Source: Hyaloraphidium curvatum SAG 235-1
Lineage: Eukaryota; Fungi; Monoblepharomycota
Direction of reading: 5' to 3'
Assembly (NCBI GenBank): GCA_025558095.1
Contig: JAIVFI010000024.1
Coordinates: forward strand, 558,001 to 622,000
Length of the DNA: 64,000 nt
Shown in pieces: positions 10,801 to 21,557 of the stretch. A program made the position numbers and the translations under genes. Below the pieces are notes generated by a model. That model did no database searches, was not told the origin of the DNA, and saw nothing but the letters and a program-made list of their open reading frames with translations. Position 1 is the first letter of the stretch; every line of letters begins with the position of its first letter.

Positions 10801-12155
10801 ATTAGGCAGGCAAATGAAGCGATTCTCACCTCCGGAGCAGCAGCGGCATCCACGGGCGCCGATCCATCAGCGGGAGCGGCTCCGTCCAAAGCGGGAGCGG
10901 CGCGAGCGGCCGAGACTCCATCAGCGGGAGCTCCGGCACCAGCGTCGGCGGAACCCGATCCGTCGCCAGCGGCGGCACCACCACCGGGTGCCGCGCTGTC
11001 TCCAGCCGCCCCATCAGCGGGGGCGGCGGCACCCAGCGCGCCGCTGCGCGCCTTGCTCATGAGATCGCTGCTCTCCGCGGCCGCGGTTGCTGATAAAGCC
11101 GCGACCTTTGCCGGATCGTTGAGCAGGCCGGGTGCGGTGCCGGGTTCGGCCCAGGGGGCCAGCACGGCGGCGGGGAGGCCGCCGGGCACACTGGCATCGG
11201 CCGTGTTGCGCGTGAGCGCCAGGGCCGCGGCGAGCGAGGCGTTGGAGGGGTCCTTGATGTCCTCGGAGCGGAACCAGAAGTTCCAGTCGTCACTAGTAGT
11301 CCAAGGAATAAGATTAGAAAGCTTTGCGGCTGAAGGGAAAGCTCACCCTTCGGGCCTGCCGGCCTTCTCCCACTGAGGGAACGGGGATCAGCAGCAGCCC
11401 ACACAAGCGATCGCCTCTCAGGGCGATGGCACCCACGAGGAAGTATGCCGCCACCCGATGGTCTTCCTGTTCTCGCCAAGAGGGGCGGCATCATCGAGGA
11501 GTGATCACATCAGCGGCCGTTGATTTTGGCGTGGGCCCGGCATCCTGCCCACCTCGCTCATGATGAGCTTGTCGTTGAAGATGCCGAGGATGTGGGCCAC
11601 GAGGGCCTCGAGCTCGGCGTCCGAGTTGACGGTGAGGCCGCGGGCCTTGAGGGCCGCGACGATGTGGGCGTTGGCGGGGTCCAGGGCGTTCTGGCTGCGG
11701 AACCAGTGCCACCAGTCGTTGCTGCGCGGGACCACAGGGATCAGGTTTCGAAAACCAAGACATTACGTTTTTTCCTACCCAACGGGCTTGCCGTCCTTCT
11801 CGTACTGGCGGCGGATTGGGACGGGGATCGCGTGAGGAGGGCGGGGGACGGTGCCAGGGCGCGATGTGGGCGACGGCCGGTCAGAAACCCGCGGCGAGGC
11901 GCCAGACAAGTCCGGAGCAGGTGTTCCACTCACGACATAATAAGCGGCAGTTTGATGGTCAGCCTGCGGCGTAGGGGGGACCAGATAAGGGGATGGGCAG
12001 AGCGGGGCAGGCAGGGGCGATGGCTGCGTCAGCGCCCGCAAAGCGGAGAGGCACGGCAGCAGTACACGCACGTGGTCCATCACGAGCGTCTCGCCCTCGA
12101 GGGCGACGACATGGTTGGCGGCGTCGACGGCGAGGCCGCCCGCTGTCGTGGCCAT
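4879..12155 (-). CDS. giant (~2,000 aa) modular repeat protein: 2x DUF2934-like, Ala-rich 11-mer repeats, AHNAK/periaxin-like PxxK repeats, C-terminal copine-type C2 domain
   Basis: reading frame traced through about 18 GT-AG exons from ATG 12155 (MATTAGG) to TAA 4879-4881 (KLI|VDSYSLTPKTE*); C2 motif KGSDPFLVISR...TEVVPKNLNPTW...FEVWDED...LIG. Confidence 0.75.
7150..7830. repeat. near-perfect 111-bp (37-aa) tandem repeat, about 6 copies
   Basis: 'cagctcggg' recurs at 7261, 7372, 7483, 7594 and 7705; unit PELKAPELPSISAALPDIKAPELPSIDAKLPSLDAKL. Confidence 0.95.
8680..8920. repeat. 30-bp (10-aa) tandem repeat LP(D/E)VPKLDA(A/K), about 8 copies
   Basis: visible in the translation of ORF 8204..9034. 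Confidence 0.85.
9370..9850. repeat. two diverged 258-bp (86-aa) tandem copies (AAAEGALAKAEAAEGKELDKAAD...GPE(I/V)TGQD)
   Basis: homologous 'ctgca' at 9576 and 9834; the peptide is duplicated in ORF 9031..10440. Confidence 0.85.
9880..10350. repeat. 33-bp (11-aa) tandem repeat AEKALGD(V/A)AAG, about 14 copies
   Basis: direct translation of ORF 9031..10440. Confidence 0.9.
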
Positions 12156-12568
12156 CGCGGCGACGGGCGCGGCGCGGCGGGCACGGATCCGAAGGAGGCC
12201 GCTAAAGCTCGCAGCTCTTGTTGCGGGGCAAGACCGGCGGCGAAGCGCGGGCGGCGTTCCTCGTCGGAGACCTCGGATTCGTTGGCGAGTCGTTGGCTGG
12301 GGTATGATCGGTCCCTGAATGGCCAAATTGGACCCTTGCCATCCAAAGCTCTTGGAACTCGCAGCCTGTGCGGCATGCCGGCCTAGGAGCGCCATGGAGA
12401 GTGTCCACGAGACCGAAGACGCGCTCTGCTGGGGCGCAGCAGGACGCCCGACGCGGTTTGCCGGCAAAGGACACCAGTCGCGTGGGCTTGTCCGCGAATC
12501 TCGCCATACAACAGTGCATCAATCTCAAGTACATCGAAACAAGCCGAGGCCGATGAGAAAGTCGTTGA

Positions 12569-13309
12569 TCAGCAAGTGACCTCTCGTGCACTTCCTCCTG
12601 CCGTGTCCCCGGCTGCAAGCCACAGCTTGCACGCTTCCACAGCCGAGGGGAACCCCAGCTTGAACACGGTCCGCGGGTCGCAGTGCCCCTCCCACCTCCT
12701 CTTTACCTCGTCGCCATGCCCCTCGATGACCGCCCTCACGTCGGCCTCCGGCAGCCAGAGGAGACACAAAACGTCGTCGAACGCGTCCAGCCGCGGAAGC
12801 TCCTCGCCGAGCTGACCTCCGACGTCGATGGAAAAAGCAAAGTCGCACGTGGTGTAGTGGATCCTCTTGTAGTCGTACCGATTGGGGAAAGAGCCGATGT
12901 AGCGCAGGTCCCCGTGCGACAGCGCGACAAGTAAACCCTCGGCGGCCCCCTTGCCCGCTCCCTCAGGCACGGTCTTGAAACCCCCGATCTCCTCCTCCAG
13001 TTCCCTGAGCAGCGCCTCCTCCACGCTCTCCCCGGGGTCCACGAACCCCCCCGGCATGTCAAGGTGGAACGCGGCCGGGTCGTGCCCGCGCACCGCGACG
13101 AGCAGGTTCCTCTTGCCCTCCCGGCGCGCATGTATCAGCGCCAGCACTGCCGTGGCGGCGTTGAGGAACAACGTGAAGCCGCATGTGCCGCAGGCGAGCT
13201 GCTTGGTTTGCGGGTACGACAGCGCGTCGCCCGCGCCGCAGCCGGGGCAGAAGCGGATGGCGGGCTGCGGGTTGGCGAGCGTAGCCGCGGGCTGCGCGTC
13301 GCCGGGCAT
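12569..13309 (-). CDS. NUDIX hydrolase with N-terminal zinc ribbon
   Basis: FCPGCG...CGTCG zinc ribbon; NUDIX box GGFVDPGESVEEALLRELEEEIG; intronless; likely ATG at 13309. Confidence 0.88.
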   Translation of the reverse strand: MPGDAQPAATLANPQPAIRFCPGCGAGDALSYPQTKQLACGTCGFTLFLNAATAVLALIHARREGKRNLLVAVRGHDPAAFHLDMPGGFVDPGESVEEALLRELEEEIGGFKTVPEGAGKGAAEGLLVALSHGDLRYIGSFPNRYDYKRIHYTTCDFAFSIDVGGQLGEELPRLDAFDDVLCLLWLPEADVRAVIEGHGDEVKRRWEGHCDPRTVFKLGFPSAVEACKLWLAAGDTAGGSAREVTC

Positions 13310-13685
13310 GGCGGGCTGTTTGCAGGAGCGGGATTCGGGCGGCCGGGGCAGTGTTTGGGGTTCGTACGTGCAGTCACTCGTCGGCACTCGGCACGCGTGG
13401 CGCGCCTCCTTGATCCCCACGGCTTCGCCAGCCGGTAACGGAAGTGTCCTCGGACCGGCATTCCTATTCCATCAAAGCGACTATCTTCGTTTTCCTTCAC
13501 TTGGGTGTCATCGGGAGGCGATCGGCTGACCTCCTCTAGCGCCAGAAGTCCACTTTGGAATTACTTCGCCGGCCTGCAGATCCTCTTGTGCGAGGGCCAG
13601 GTAGAAAAGCAGCGCATTCGAAAACACATCACATCACGCCTTGAGAAGCTCATGGCCGGCAATGATTTATGTCGAAACACGATCT

Positions 13686-15497
13686 CTACTTCCACGCATT
13701 CTGGAACTCGGCCTCCTCCTCCAGCCTCCTCGCCCGCTTCGGGGCAGTGCCAACGTCCGGCTTTGCAGCGAGCTCCCCGGATCCCAGGCCGAGAGCAGGA
13801 GCGAGATCGTCCGGCAAAGCCAGCGGCATCGGTCTGTCAAAAGCGATGGGAATGTCGAGGGGCGGCAGGGGTCCAGGAGGACAATGGTCCGGAGATGAAG
13901 GCTCCACAATGTCCTCCATGGGCACCGAAAGCTGCTCCACCCGCAGGTCGCGAGCAGGGGTAGTGGGAGGAGCCGGTTCGGGGTGAACCCCGTTCGCAGC
14001 CTTGTCCTCCCCACCCGCGCTCTTCCAGGGGTCCTCGAGGGTAGCGACCCGCACCGGCGCCTTGTGGGCCAGCTCCGCACCGCCGTTCGCAACTTCAGGC
14101 TCTGGCACCTTTGCCGCGCCTTCCTCGGCGAGGCCAACGAGCCGCGCCAGGTTCCCTTCGGCCTCACCGCACCTCCTCCTCAGCGCTTCCGCGTGCTCCA
14201 CCAGGGCCGACACCGCCTCCGCCTGCACCCTCGCCAGCGCGGCGGGCGCGACCGCCCGGTCCTTGCCGCGGGCCGCGAGCGCGAGACGGTCCTCGGCTGT
14301 CGGCTCGAGCGGCGAATCTGTCCGTGCCCGCGGCGGCGTTCCTCGGGGTGAAAGAAAGAGGAGAACGAGGTCACCGTGGCCGTTGGCGATGGCCTGACGC
14401 AATGCTGTACGATTCAAGGAGTTGACGACCGAGGGATCCGCTCCGGAGGAGATGAGGAGCTCCGCGATGGGTTCGGCCTCAGAAGGGTGGTACCGCGCCG
14501 CGTAGTGAAGCGCAGTGGAGCCAGAGGAATCCAGGAGGGAGGCATAGGCGGCGAGGGTGGGATCCGAGACCCCAGATCCGGCAGCCGGCGCGATGCGTGT
14601 CAACAGGGCTCGAACGGAATCGAGGTTGCCGTGGCCGGCGGCGAGATGCAAGGATGTTGCGCCGGCCTTCGTGCGGGCGCGAGGGTCTGGGCCGGCCCGA
14701 AGCAGGGCCCGGACAATGTCCGCGTTGCCCTCCCTCGCGGCGAGGTGGAGCGGTGTCAAGGAGTTCTGCGTGGAGTAGACGTCCACGGGCACGTTTCTCG
14801 CCTTGTGCGCGTCCAAGAGCAGCTCAACACACGTCAAATGGCCGTTCTGAGCGGCAGCGTGGAGCGGCACCCAGCCATCAGTGTCCACCGCGTCTACGCG
14901 GGCCCCGTGCCGCAGCAGTCTGCGGACGACCTCGATGTGGCCCTCCTGCGCTGCCAGATACAGCGGCGTGGCACCCCCATCGTGCCGCACTTCGAGTCCC
15001 GCATTCTCGCCCTCGACCAGCAGGTCGACCAGGTGCGCTTGGTTCTTCCTCGCGACCCAGCAAAGCGGCGGGTCGTGCTTCGGATTGACCGGTTCGCCAT
15101 GCTGTCCTCCAGAAGCGCTCCCGTTCGCGACCAAAACACGCTCTGCCCTCATTTTGGTGTCCAACAGTACGTTAGGCAGGATTCCGAGGCTGCTGGCGCG
15201 CATCACGGCCTGGCCGGCGCCCTCGAGCACCGAAGATGGCACCAAGAGCTTGCCAACGCGCGCGGTGAGGTCGACGGCCGGCTGCAACACGCCCGGCAGC
15301 ATGGCGCGCGTCCTTGCGACCACGCCGCCGAGCACTGCCGTCCCCTGCGGACCGGGTGCCGTCCCGGCGCCCGCCGCGGTTCCGCCGCCGGACCGGCCAT
15401 CGCCCGCCGCCGAGGCCGAGAGGAGGTGCGCCGCCCCCACCCAGTCCTCGGCCAGCAGTAGATCGTGCAGCTGCGGCACCTGCTGCGGGTCCAGCAT
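13686..15497 (-). CDS. ankyrin repeat protein
   Basis: repeated TPLYLAAQEGH, PLHAAAQNGH, TPLHLAAREGN, TSLHLAAGHGN and TALHYAA motifs; acidic/Pro-rich tail. Confidence 0.9.
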   Translation of the reverse strand: MLDPQQVPQLHDLLLAEDWVGAAHLLSASAAGDGRSGGGTAAGAGTAPGPQGTAVLGGVVARTRAMLPGVLQPAVDLTARVGKLLVPSSVLEGAGQAVMRASSLGILPNVLLDTKMRAERVLVANGSASGGQHGEPVNPKHDPPLCWVARKNQAHLVDLLVEGENAGLEVRHDGGATPLYLAAQEGHIEVVRRLLRHGARVDAVDTDGWVPLHAAAQNGHLTCVELLLDAHKARNVPVDVYSTQNSLTPLHLAAREGNADIVRALLRAGPDPRARTKAGATSLHLAAGHGNLDSVRALLTRIAPAAGSGVSDPTLAAYASLLDSSGSTALHYAARYHPSEAEPIAELLISSGADPSVVNSLNRTALRQAIANGHGDLVLLFLSPRGTPPRARTDSPLEPTAEDRLALAARGKDRAVAPAALARVQAEAVSALVEHAEALRRRCGEAEGNLARLVGLAEEGAAKVPEPEVANGGAELAHKAPVRVATLEDPWKSAGGEDKAANGVHPEPAPPTTPARDLRVEQLSVPMEDIVEPSSPDHCPPGPLPPLDIPIAFDRPMPLALPDDLAPALGLGSGELAAKPDVGTAPKRARRLEEEAEFQNAWK

Positions 15498-15882
15498 CGC
15501 GGCAGCTCGCGCAAAGCGCCAAAGTGTTGGCGGTGTTTGAGGTTCTCAGAAGGGGAACCAACTTGCGCGGACGTGTTGCACGTGATCGGAGCTCCCGTTC
15601 ATCCTTTGAAGACGAGGGCTCGAATAGACGTCTAGCTCTCCTTTATCTTTATTGCAACGCTCGAATGCTCGGGTCTTTCCGTCTCGGTGTTTGTTTGTTC
15701 GGGGTCCAGAAGCCCGCTTGCACCGACCAGTCACCGTTTGCGGCATCCGCGCAAAAACCGTCCACCGTTCCTCCCTCAGCAGACCAGTTTCCTGCTCGTT
15801 TGTCCTTCTCCCGTTGAGCGCAGCCCGCTCAGCTCGCAGTCCTCGCTACGCCATTTGCCGGCCAACGCTTTCGGCGAGCGCA

Positions 15883-16842
15883 ATGAAGTTTCTCGGGCTC
15901 CTCCTTCTGGCGTTCGTCGCCTCTGCCGCCGGCCAAGGTTCCACGTTCATCACGACGATAACACTCGGCGGCTCCACCGTGACGGCGACGACCTCGTCTG
16001 CGGTGACGGCCGTCACGGTGACGGCTTCGCCGGCCACGACGACCTCGGCGCCCCCGGGAACGACGGTCGCTCCCTCGGAAACCACCATTACTGCCCCTCC
16101 GACGTCAACTACCTCGCTGGCTCCCACGACGTCGGCCCCCACTACGTCGGCCGCGTCACCCACCGCGAGCCTGACACCGGCGAGCGTCTACTCCTGCATT
16201 CTCTCCGGCTCCGAAACCGGTCCGTTTGTGCTCAGCTGCTTCGCTTTCCTCTCTGACCTTCCGTCGACAGTCCCTCCCGTCGATACGCCTGCGAACGGCA
16301 CGGCTTTCCTTGATTTCTCGCAGTACGACGACTTTGCCGTCTGGAACCTCACCGGCAAGAGCATCTCCAACCCCGTTGCCGGCCTGATCCAAGTAGGTCT
16401 CGCCTCCGCCCTAAGGGATCGGATGCGCTGACGCACCGCAGTACGGCCCGAGCGGCATCATCGGCCCGATCGTGCTCCGCCTCTTCTCCTCGTCCCCGGG
16501 CGTCTTCACAGACGCCTCCGTCTACACCGAAGGGTACGCCGGCGACCGCGAGCTAACCAACTTCATCAATACCAGCCCCGTGCGCAACACGACGGCACTC
16601 AGGGCCGCCGCGGACGAGGGGCTGCTTTACATCAGCGTGAGCTCGAGGTAAAGCGATCAACGCGGCGATCTGTTTCTCGCGATTCTCACTGGGATTGCAG
16701 CCTCGCCGATCCGACGCTCGGGGAGTTGGGGACGGCGGGGAACGCGCCGTTCGGGGAGATCAGGTGCCAGCTGGCGCCGGTCGGCGCGGCAGAGGGCGGG
16801 GCCAGAAGGATGAGGAGGGCGCTGCCTATCTTTGGGCACTAG
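15883..16842 (+). CDS. secreted Ser/Thr-rich protein with C-terminal CHRD domain
   Basis: signal peptide MKFLGLLLLAFVASAAG; Thr/Ser/Pro stalk; spliced (3 introns) LSGSET|VPPVDTPANGTA...GPIVLRL...GLLYISVSS...GEIRCQL matches the CHRD consensus; TAG at 16840-16842. Confidence 0.75.
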
Positions 16843-17066
16843 GCGGGACGCAGAAGCGGCATGAAGTGCATGTAGACCATAGATTTTGATCTGGAAAGCA
16901 CGGCATGTTTTGCACTCTACCGTACCTGACGTCCCGGTTCTGTCGTGTCTCCTTCACGAGCCGGATGGGCAGCGAACCAAGCAGACTTCAGCTCCTTCAT
17001 GATGAATGACATTGTACCCCAGCTAAAGCATATCTATGTACATTTTCATTGCGGCGATCGTGACCA

Positions 17067-18548
17067 TCAGCTGTCCGCCGAGTCATCCTCGAAGCGCAGC
17101 ACCAGCGTCGGGAACCTCGGCTTGAGAAATGCAACTACGTATCCATGGTTCAGGAGAACAGTCTTGAGGCTCGGTAAGGCCCTCTCTGCCGCCTGTAGGA
17201 GCGATTCCACCTCCCCAATAGGCCAGGTACCGTCAATCGACACTCGCAGCGATCGAACGGCCGGGAACATGTACGGATCGCGCTGCGCAAAGAGATCACG
17301 GAACAATGCAAACCGAGTAGCAAGCGGCCACCAGTAGCTTTGCGCGATCTCGAGGTACGTAAGCTCCGGAAACCGGACGGGGTTCCGCCTCTTGATGTTG
17401 ACGCGTTGCAGCCGAAGCTCGGTCAGGGCGGCGCTGCAGCTCCCGAGGTCGTCAAAACACAGTTCAACGACGGAATTGTCGAGGCGCAGGGTGCGAAGGT
17501 TTGACATTGCCCGCAGATCCCCAACAATGCCTGCACCGTTCCCGGCACGCAGACGCAGGTGTTTGAGTTCCGGTTGGTGCTGCAGGAGCCGCTCTCCTGC
17601 ATTGAAAGAGTCGAAGCAATCAAAGTGGAGCAGCTCCAGCTCGGGCAGGGCACCGAAGAACTTCATCTACGATTGCTCGTTGGCGGTCGCCCCAACCAGC
17701 TTGCAAAGCCTCACGGACGCCGACTTCAAGCCGTTGAGGATCGAACGGGCCGAGAGCACCTGATCCACCACGATGTGGATTTGGTCCAATCGAAGTTCTT
17801 CCAGGTTGGGGCCCAGGTTCCCGAGCGAGGCCACGGGAAGCCGGACGTGCGATTCGCGCTGCCGCAGGTAATGTCGGCCCTGCCTTGCTGCGGAGAAGGA
17901 ACGGAGATCCTTGCCGGCAAGCATGCGGACAATCTCTGGGCAAGCGTTGCCCGATCCCGCTGCGAGAGTCAAGGAAAAGTCGCGCATTCTCATGAAGGGT
18001 AGAAGTAGACCGGCGATCCCATCCGCGCTGTCGACGTCAAAGAGCGAGATCCCGACGACCTGATCGAAGAGCTCCGGAGCTGACCCGAGCGCCGACGTCC
18101 AGAGCTGCACGCTTTTCCTGGCTCCGAGCGACATGCCGAGGGCCGACAGGCGCCCTCCGACCGAATTGCGCAGGACGTCCGAGAGCTCCGCGGGCCGCAC
18201 TTCCGCAGGAGACGCGAGCACTTCGAGGCTCCTAAGGAACTGCGCTTACGCCCGCGGACCCGCAGGGCCGGCCGTCCTCCGCCTCCGCCCGGGCAGCGCG
18301 GGGGCTTTTCCCACCGCGGCGTCATCGGCCGGCAACGGGCGGCGCAGCGCGTCCCACGCGCGCTTGGCCCATGCGGGCATGCGTTCGGCAATGACCAGGT
18401 GGTCCCAGACGATCGAGGCCGCGGGGATGTGGAGGGGCCGCACGCGAAGACACGCGAGCAGAGATGGGCGGTCGAGGTGGCGAACGATCTCGCGGAGGAT
18501 CTCGGGCGGCACCGAGTCGAGGCCGAAGGGTTGCGGTGCATCCGACAT
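17067..18548 (-). pseudogene. F-box/LRR-like gene with two in-frame stop codons
   Basis: F-box-like LDSVPPEILREIVRHL; LRR-like LxxLxL segments; one frame interrupted by TAA 18246-18248 and TAG 17667-17669. Confidence 0.7.
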
Positions 18549-18841
18549 GGTGCTACGGGTGAGGCGGGCGGAACGGAGAGGGCGTTCTGCTTCCGTTTTC
18601 GACTTGCTCGCGGCAGCCGAGCGAGGCGGCAACGCGCCACTCCATTTCTCCCCTCCTCGCTCGCAACAACCTGTCCACCACAAATCATCACCAAAATGAA
18701 CGACTCAGACATTCTCGCTAACAATACAGCGTAGAAATTGGAGGTAACGTGCCAGAATCCACGCTCGTCGAGCAATACTCTTCCATCTATTTCTGCAAAC
18801 CCAAACTTATCGCGGATGGCATCCGCACTCATCAAATACGA

Positions 18842-20094
18842 CTAGTTCGATTCACTCTCCGTGTCCTCGTCGTCTGACTGCGATTCCGCTTCCCCATCGT
18901 CGGACCCCATCATATCCTCGTCGTCCCATTCCGGGTCCTCGTCAAGCCACAGTCGTAGCCTGGGAAAAGAACCCGCAAGCGACATCCAGAATTCGAGCTC
19001 TTCGATCTCGTCCGGGGCCACGCTGTGAACGTTGATCGTGATGCTGTAACACGCGGTGCTGGACTCCAGCACGTCCCGGATCCGTTCAAGGTCCGCACTC
19101 CTGGCATCCATCACAAAGTCGTCGACCACGACTTCCTTCCACGTGCAGGGGATGCCCAAGAGGAACAACGTCGAGCGTAAACGGGGGATCCCTACCTTTC
19201 GAACGGACGCAATCCGCGCACATTCCATCCACTCATGTTCATATTCATCGAAAATGTCCAAGGAGTCCCCTGGGACGATAGCCAAGGGCTTGAAAGAGGG
19301 GAAGGCGAGCAGGTTTGAAGGCCCATATCCAACTGGTAGCGCCAAGTCCGGATCTTGGCAACGAACTGCTCTGGCATGATCCCGCGGCAGTCATCGGGGA
19401 GCACCTCTATCTCGCAGTCGATCGTGTCGAGGAGCGGGCAGTCCGTCACAAGGGCCTTCAGCAGCACCGCACAGGCGAAGCCCCTGTAGTCCAGATAACG
19501 AAGGCTGGGCAGGTTAAGTCGAATAGGACTATGGGAAGACCCTTTGAAGAGCAGTTGCAGCCGAGAAACGTTAGCCGCCATCGTTGAATAATTGAGGTAG
19601 TACGAGATCATTGTGGTTTCCTTCGTGCAGAAAGAGAGCTCCTCCAGCGCTGCGCAGCACTGAGCGAATATCTTCTCGAAGGCAAACGGGTGCTCATCAA
19701 GGTTGCCAAGGTTGGGCTCTTTTATGGCAGCCAGCCTCGTTGCCCTAGTGGCGTCGCCCACGAAGCAGCTAACCCGTCGATAGATGCTGAATGCCCGTTC
19801 CGCATCGAATTCGCGCAAGAAACGGGGCGTGAGGAGGTCGTGGAACACCCTGCACGACTTGATCATCCGCAGCAGAGTCGGCGACCCCGGCGGGAAATAC
19901 TCGGCGACACGGAGCACGAGTTCGAGCGGGATAACGGGGCGGTTGTCGCCAACGGGAGGTTGAGCTCCGGGAGCGAGCTGGCCGGCTTCCGGGTGCCGCA
20001 GAAGGTGAACTTCGGCCCGGAGCGCGTCCACTTCGAGGCGGAGCGCCGCGAGCTCCGCCCGGAGAGAGGCATTCTCGGCTTCCAGGTCCGCCAT
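18842..20094 (-). pseudogene. coiled-coil + F-box/LRR-like gene with a frameshift
   Basis: N-terminal coiled coil, IPLELVLRVAEYF F-box-like motif, LPSLRYLDY LRR; coding shifts frame near 19315-19330 into NLLAFPSFKP...; acidic tail; no intron signals seen. Confidence 0.6.
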
Positions 20095-20214
20095 TCCTCT
20101 TTCGAACCCGAGAGTCGCAGCGAATTCGTGGCAAGTTGAGAAAGCCTGCTCTGGCGGTGCGATCGGCGCCAGCTGTCAACCGCATCCAAACAGCATCGCA
20201 ACTCCCCTCCAAAG

Positions 20215-21557
20215 ATGTCGGTTCCCGAGCACGAGCCCGGCCTCGCGACGATGCCACCGGAAATCTTGCGCCTCTTCATGTCCCGCCTCAGCCTGCCCGA
20301 CCTCTACCGCCTTCGCTTCCTCTGCCGCGCCGTCGGCCCCGCTGCGTCGGACGTCCTCATCGAGCGAACCCGGCTGCACTCGTGGCCAGACGAGGTGGTC
20401 TACCTCATCAAAGAGCTGCGCGGCACGTTCCGTGTGGAGCCCCCGGGGGCCGTATGGCACCTGGAGTTCGGCCCGCTGCGCCCGTTCTCGGCGGGACGGC
20501 TGCTGCGCGGCGCCAGGGAGCCGCACAGGGACGCCGTGCTCCGTTTCTTCCTGGAAGAATCGGTCGCTGCCGCCGGACTGGTCGCCGCTGGGCTGGGGAT
20601 GGACGAAAGGCAGGCCGCGCGGTTCGCCGTGGGGCTCATCGGACGCCGCATCGGCCGCGGCGCTTCGACCGGTACGGCGAAGACTTCTACCACGACGTGC
20701 CCACACCGGAGGAGGAAGCAGACCGCCTGGAAGAATTCATGTGGCACGCTCGCTGCCCCGTGGGCAAGGAGCTTTCCGATGCTGTGGCAAACAGGGTCAT
20801 TGGAGACGAAGGGGAGCTCGAAAAGGGGCTCGAGATCATTGCCCTGTTGGAAAGCGACGACATCGAATCATGGTGCCGCGACGAGCTCGCGTCAGACAGG
20901 CCCCGCATGCTGCGATGGGGCGAGCTCTTTGACGGCCGGGTCCCCGAGGAAGGACTTGTCGGATGCCTCGATTGGATGCTGCGGACGAGCGACGCCCCGC
21001 GGGCCGTCGGTCGGTTCGTCGCTCTAGCGCGGGGGCTCGACGTGGCCGACCGGGCGTTCGTGCTGTCCCGCATGCAACGGACCCGCGAGCAGAGAATGGT
21101 GCTCAAAGGCGCACTCGAGGACGCCGGCGAAGAGGCAGGGGCGGCCATCTTCCGCGGCCTCGGAACGCACCCCATCCTCTTCGGATCCATCCTCGGGGAA
21201 GCAATTCTTGGCATCCTCAAACCCCCAGGCTTCGATCCCACGAAACCCCTTGGCCTCATCGGACCCCCGGGCAACCGCACCCGGCTCTCGGACAGCACCC
21301 GCGTTGCCTCCAGCTTCGTCTAAGCCTTCATCGGCGCGTGCCACCCGGGCAGGGCCCTCGATGCCCTCCGCGCTTTTGCCTCGGCCAACCAGTTGCGTGA
21401 AGCACGGGCCTGGAGGGATGCGCTGGCCGCGGAGAAGGAGGAAGGGAACAAGTGGTACATGTGGGAGACGCTGGATTTGGAGTGGAGGCACCTGGGGCAC
21501 GAGGGGCCGCATCCGTGCAGGGTGCGGTTCGGGATGCTGGAGCAGGTGCTGCTCTGA
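20215..21557 (+). pseudogene. F-box gene with a frameshift and an internal stop
   Basis: F-box LATMPPEILRLFMSRLSLPDLYRLRFLCR; frame change near 20660 (to RFDRYGEDFY...); TAA 21321-21323 followed by about 77 more plausible codons to TGA 21557. Confidence 0.6.

Noticed and set aside
18600-18835. Short lower-GC ORF start (MMSADAIRDKFGFAEIDG...)
   Set aside because: No recognisable domain, and it runs out of frame into the F-box gene; treated as intergenic
17067-21557. Alternative genetic code (TAA/TAG reassigned) to explain the internal stops
   Set aside because: Conserved genes in the window end normally with TAA (THOC1) or TAG (UBP6, RPD3), and frameshifts co-occur in the cluster
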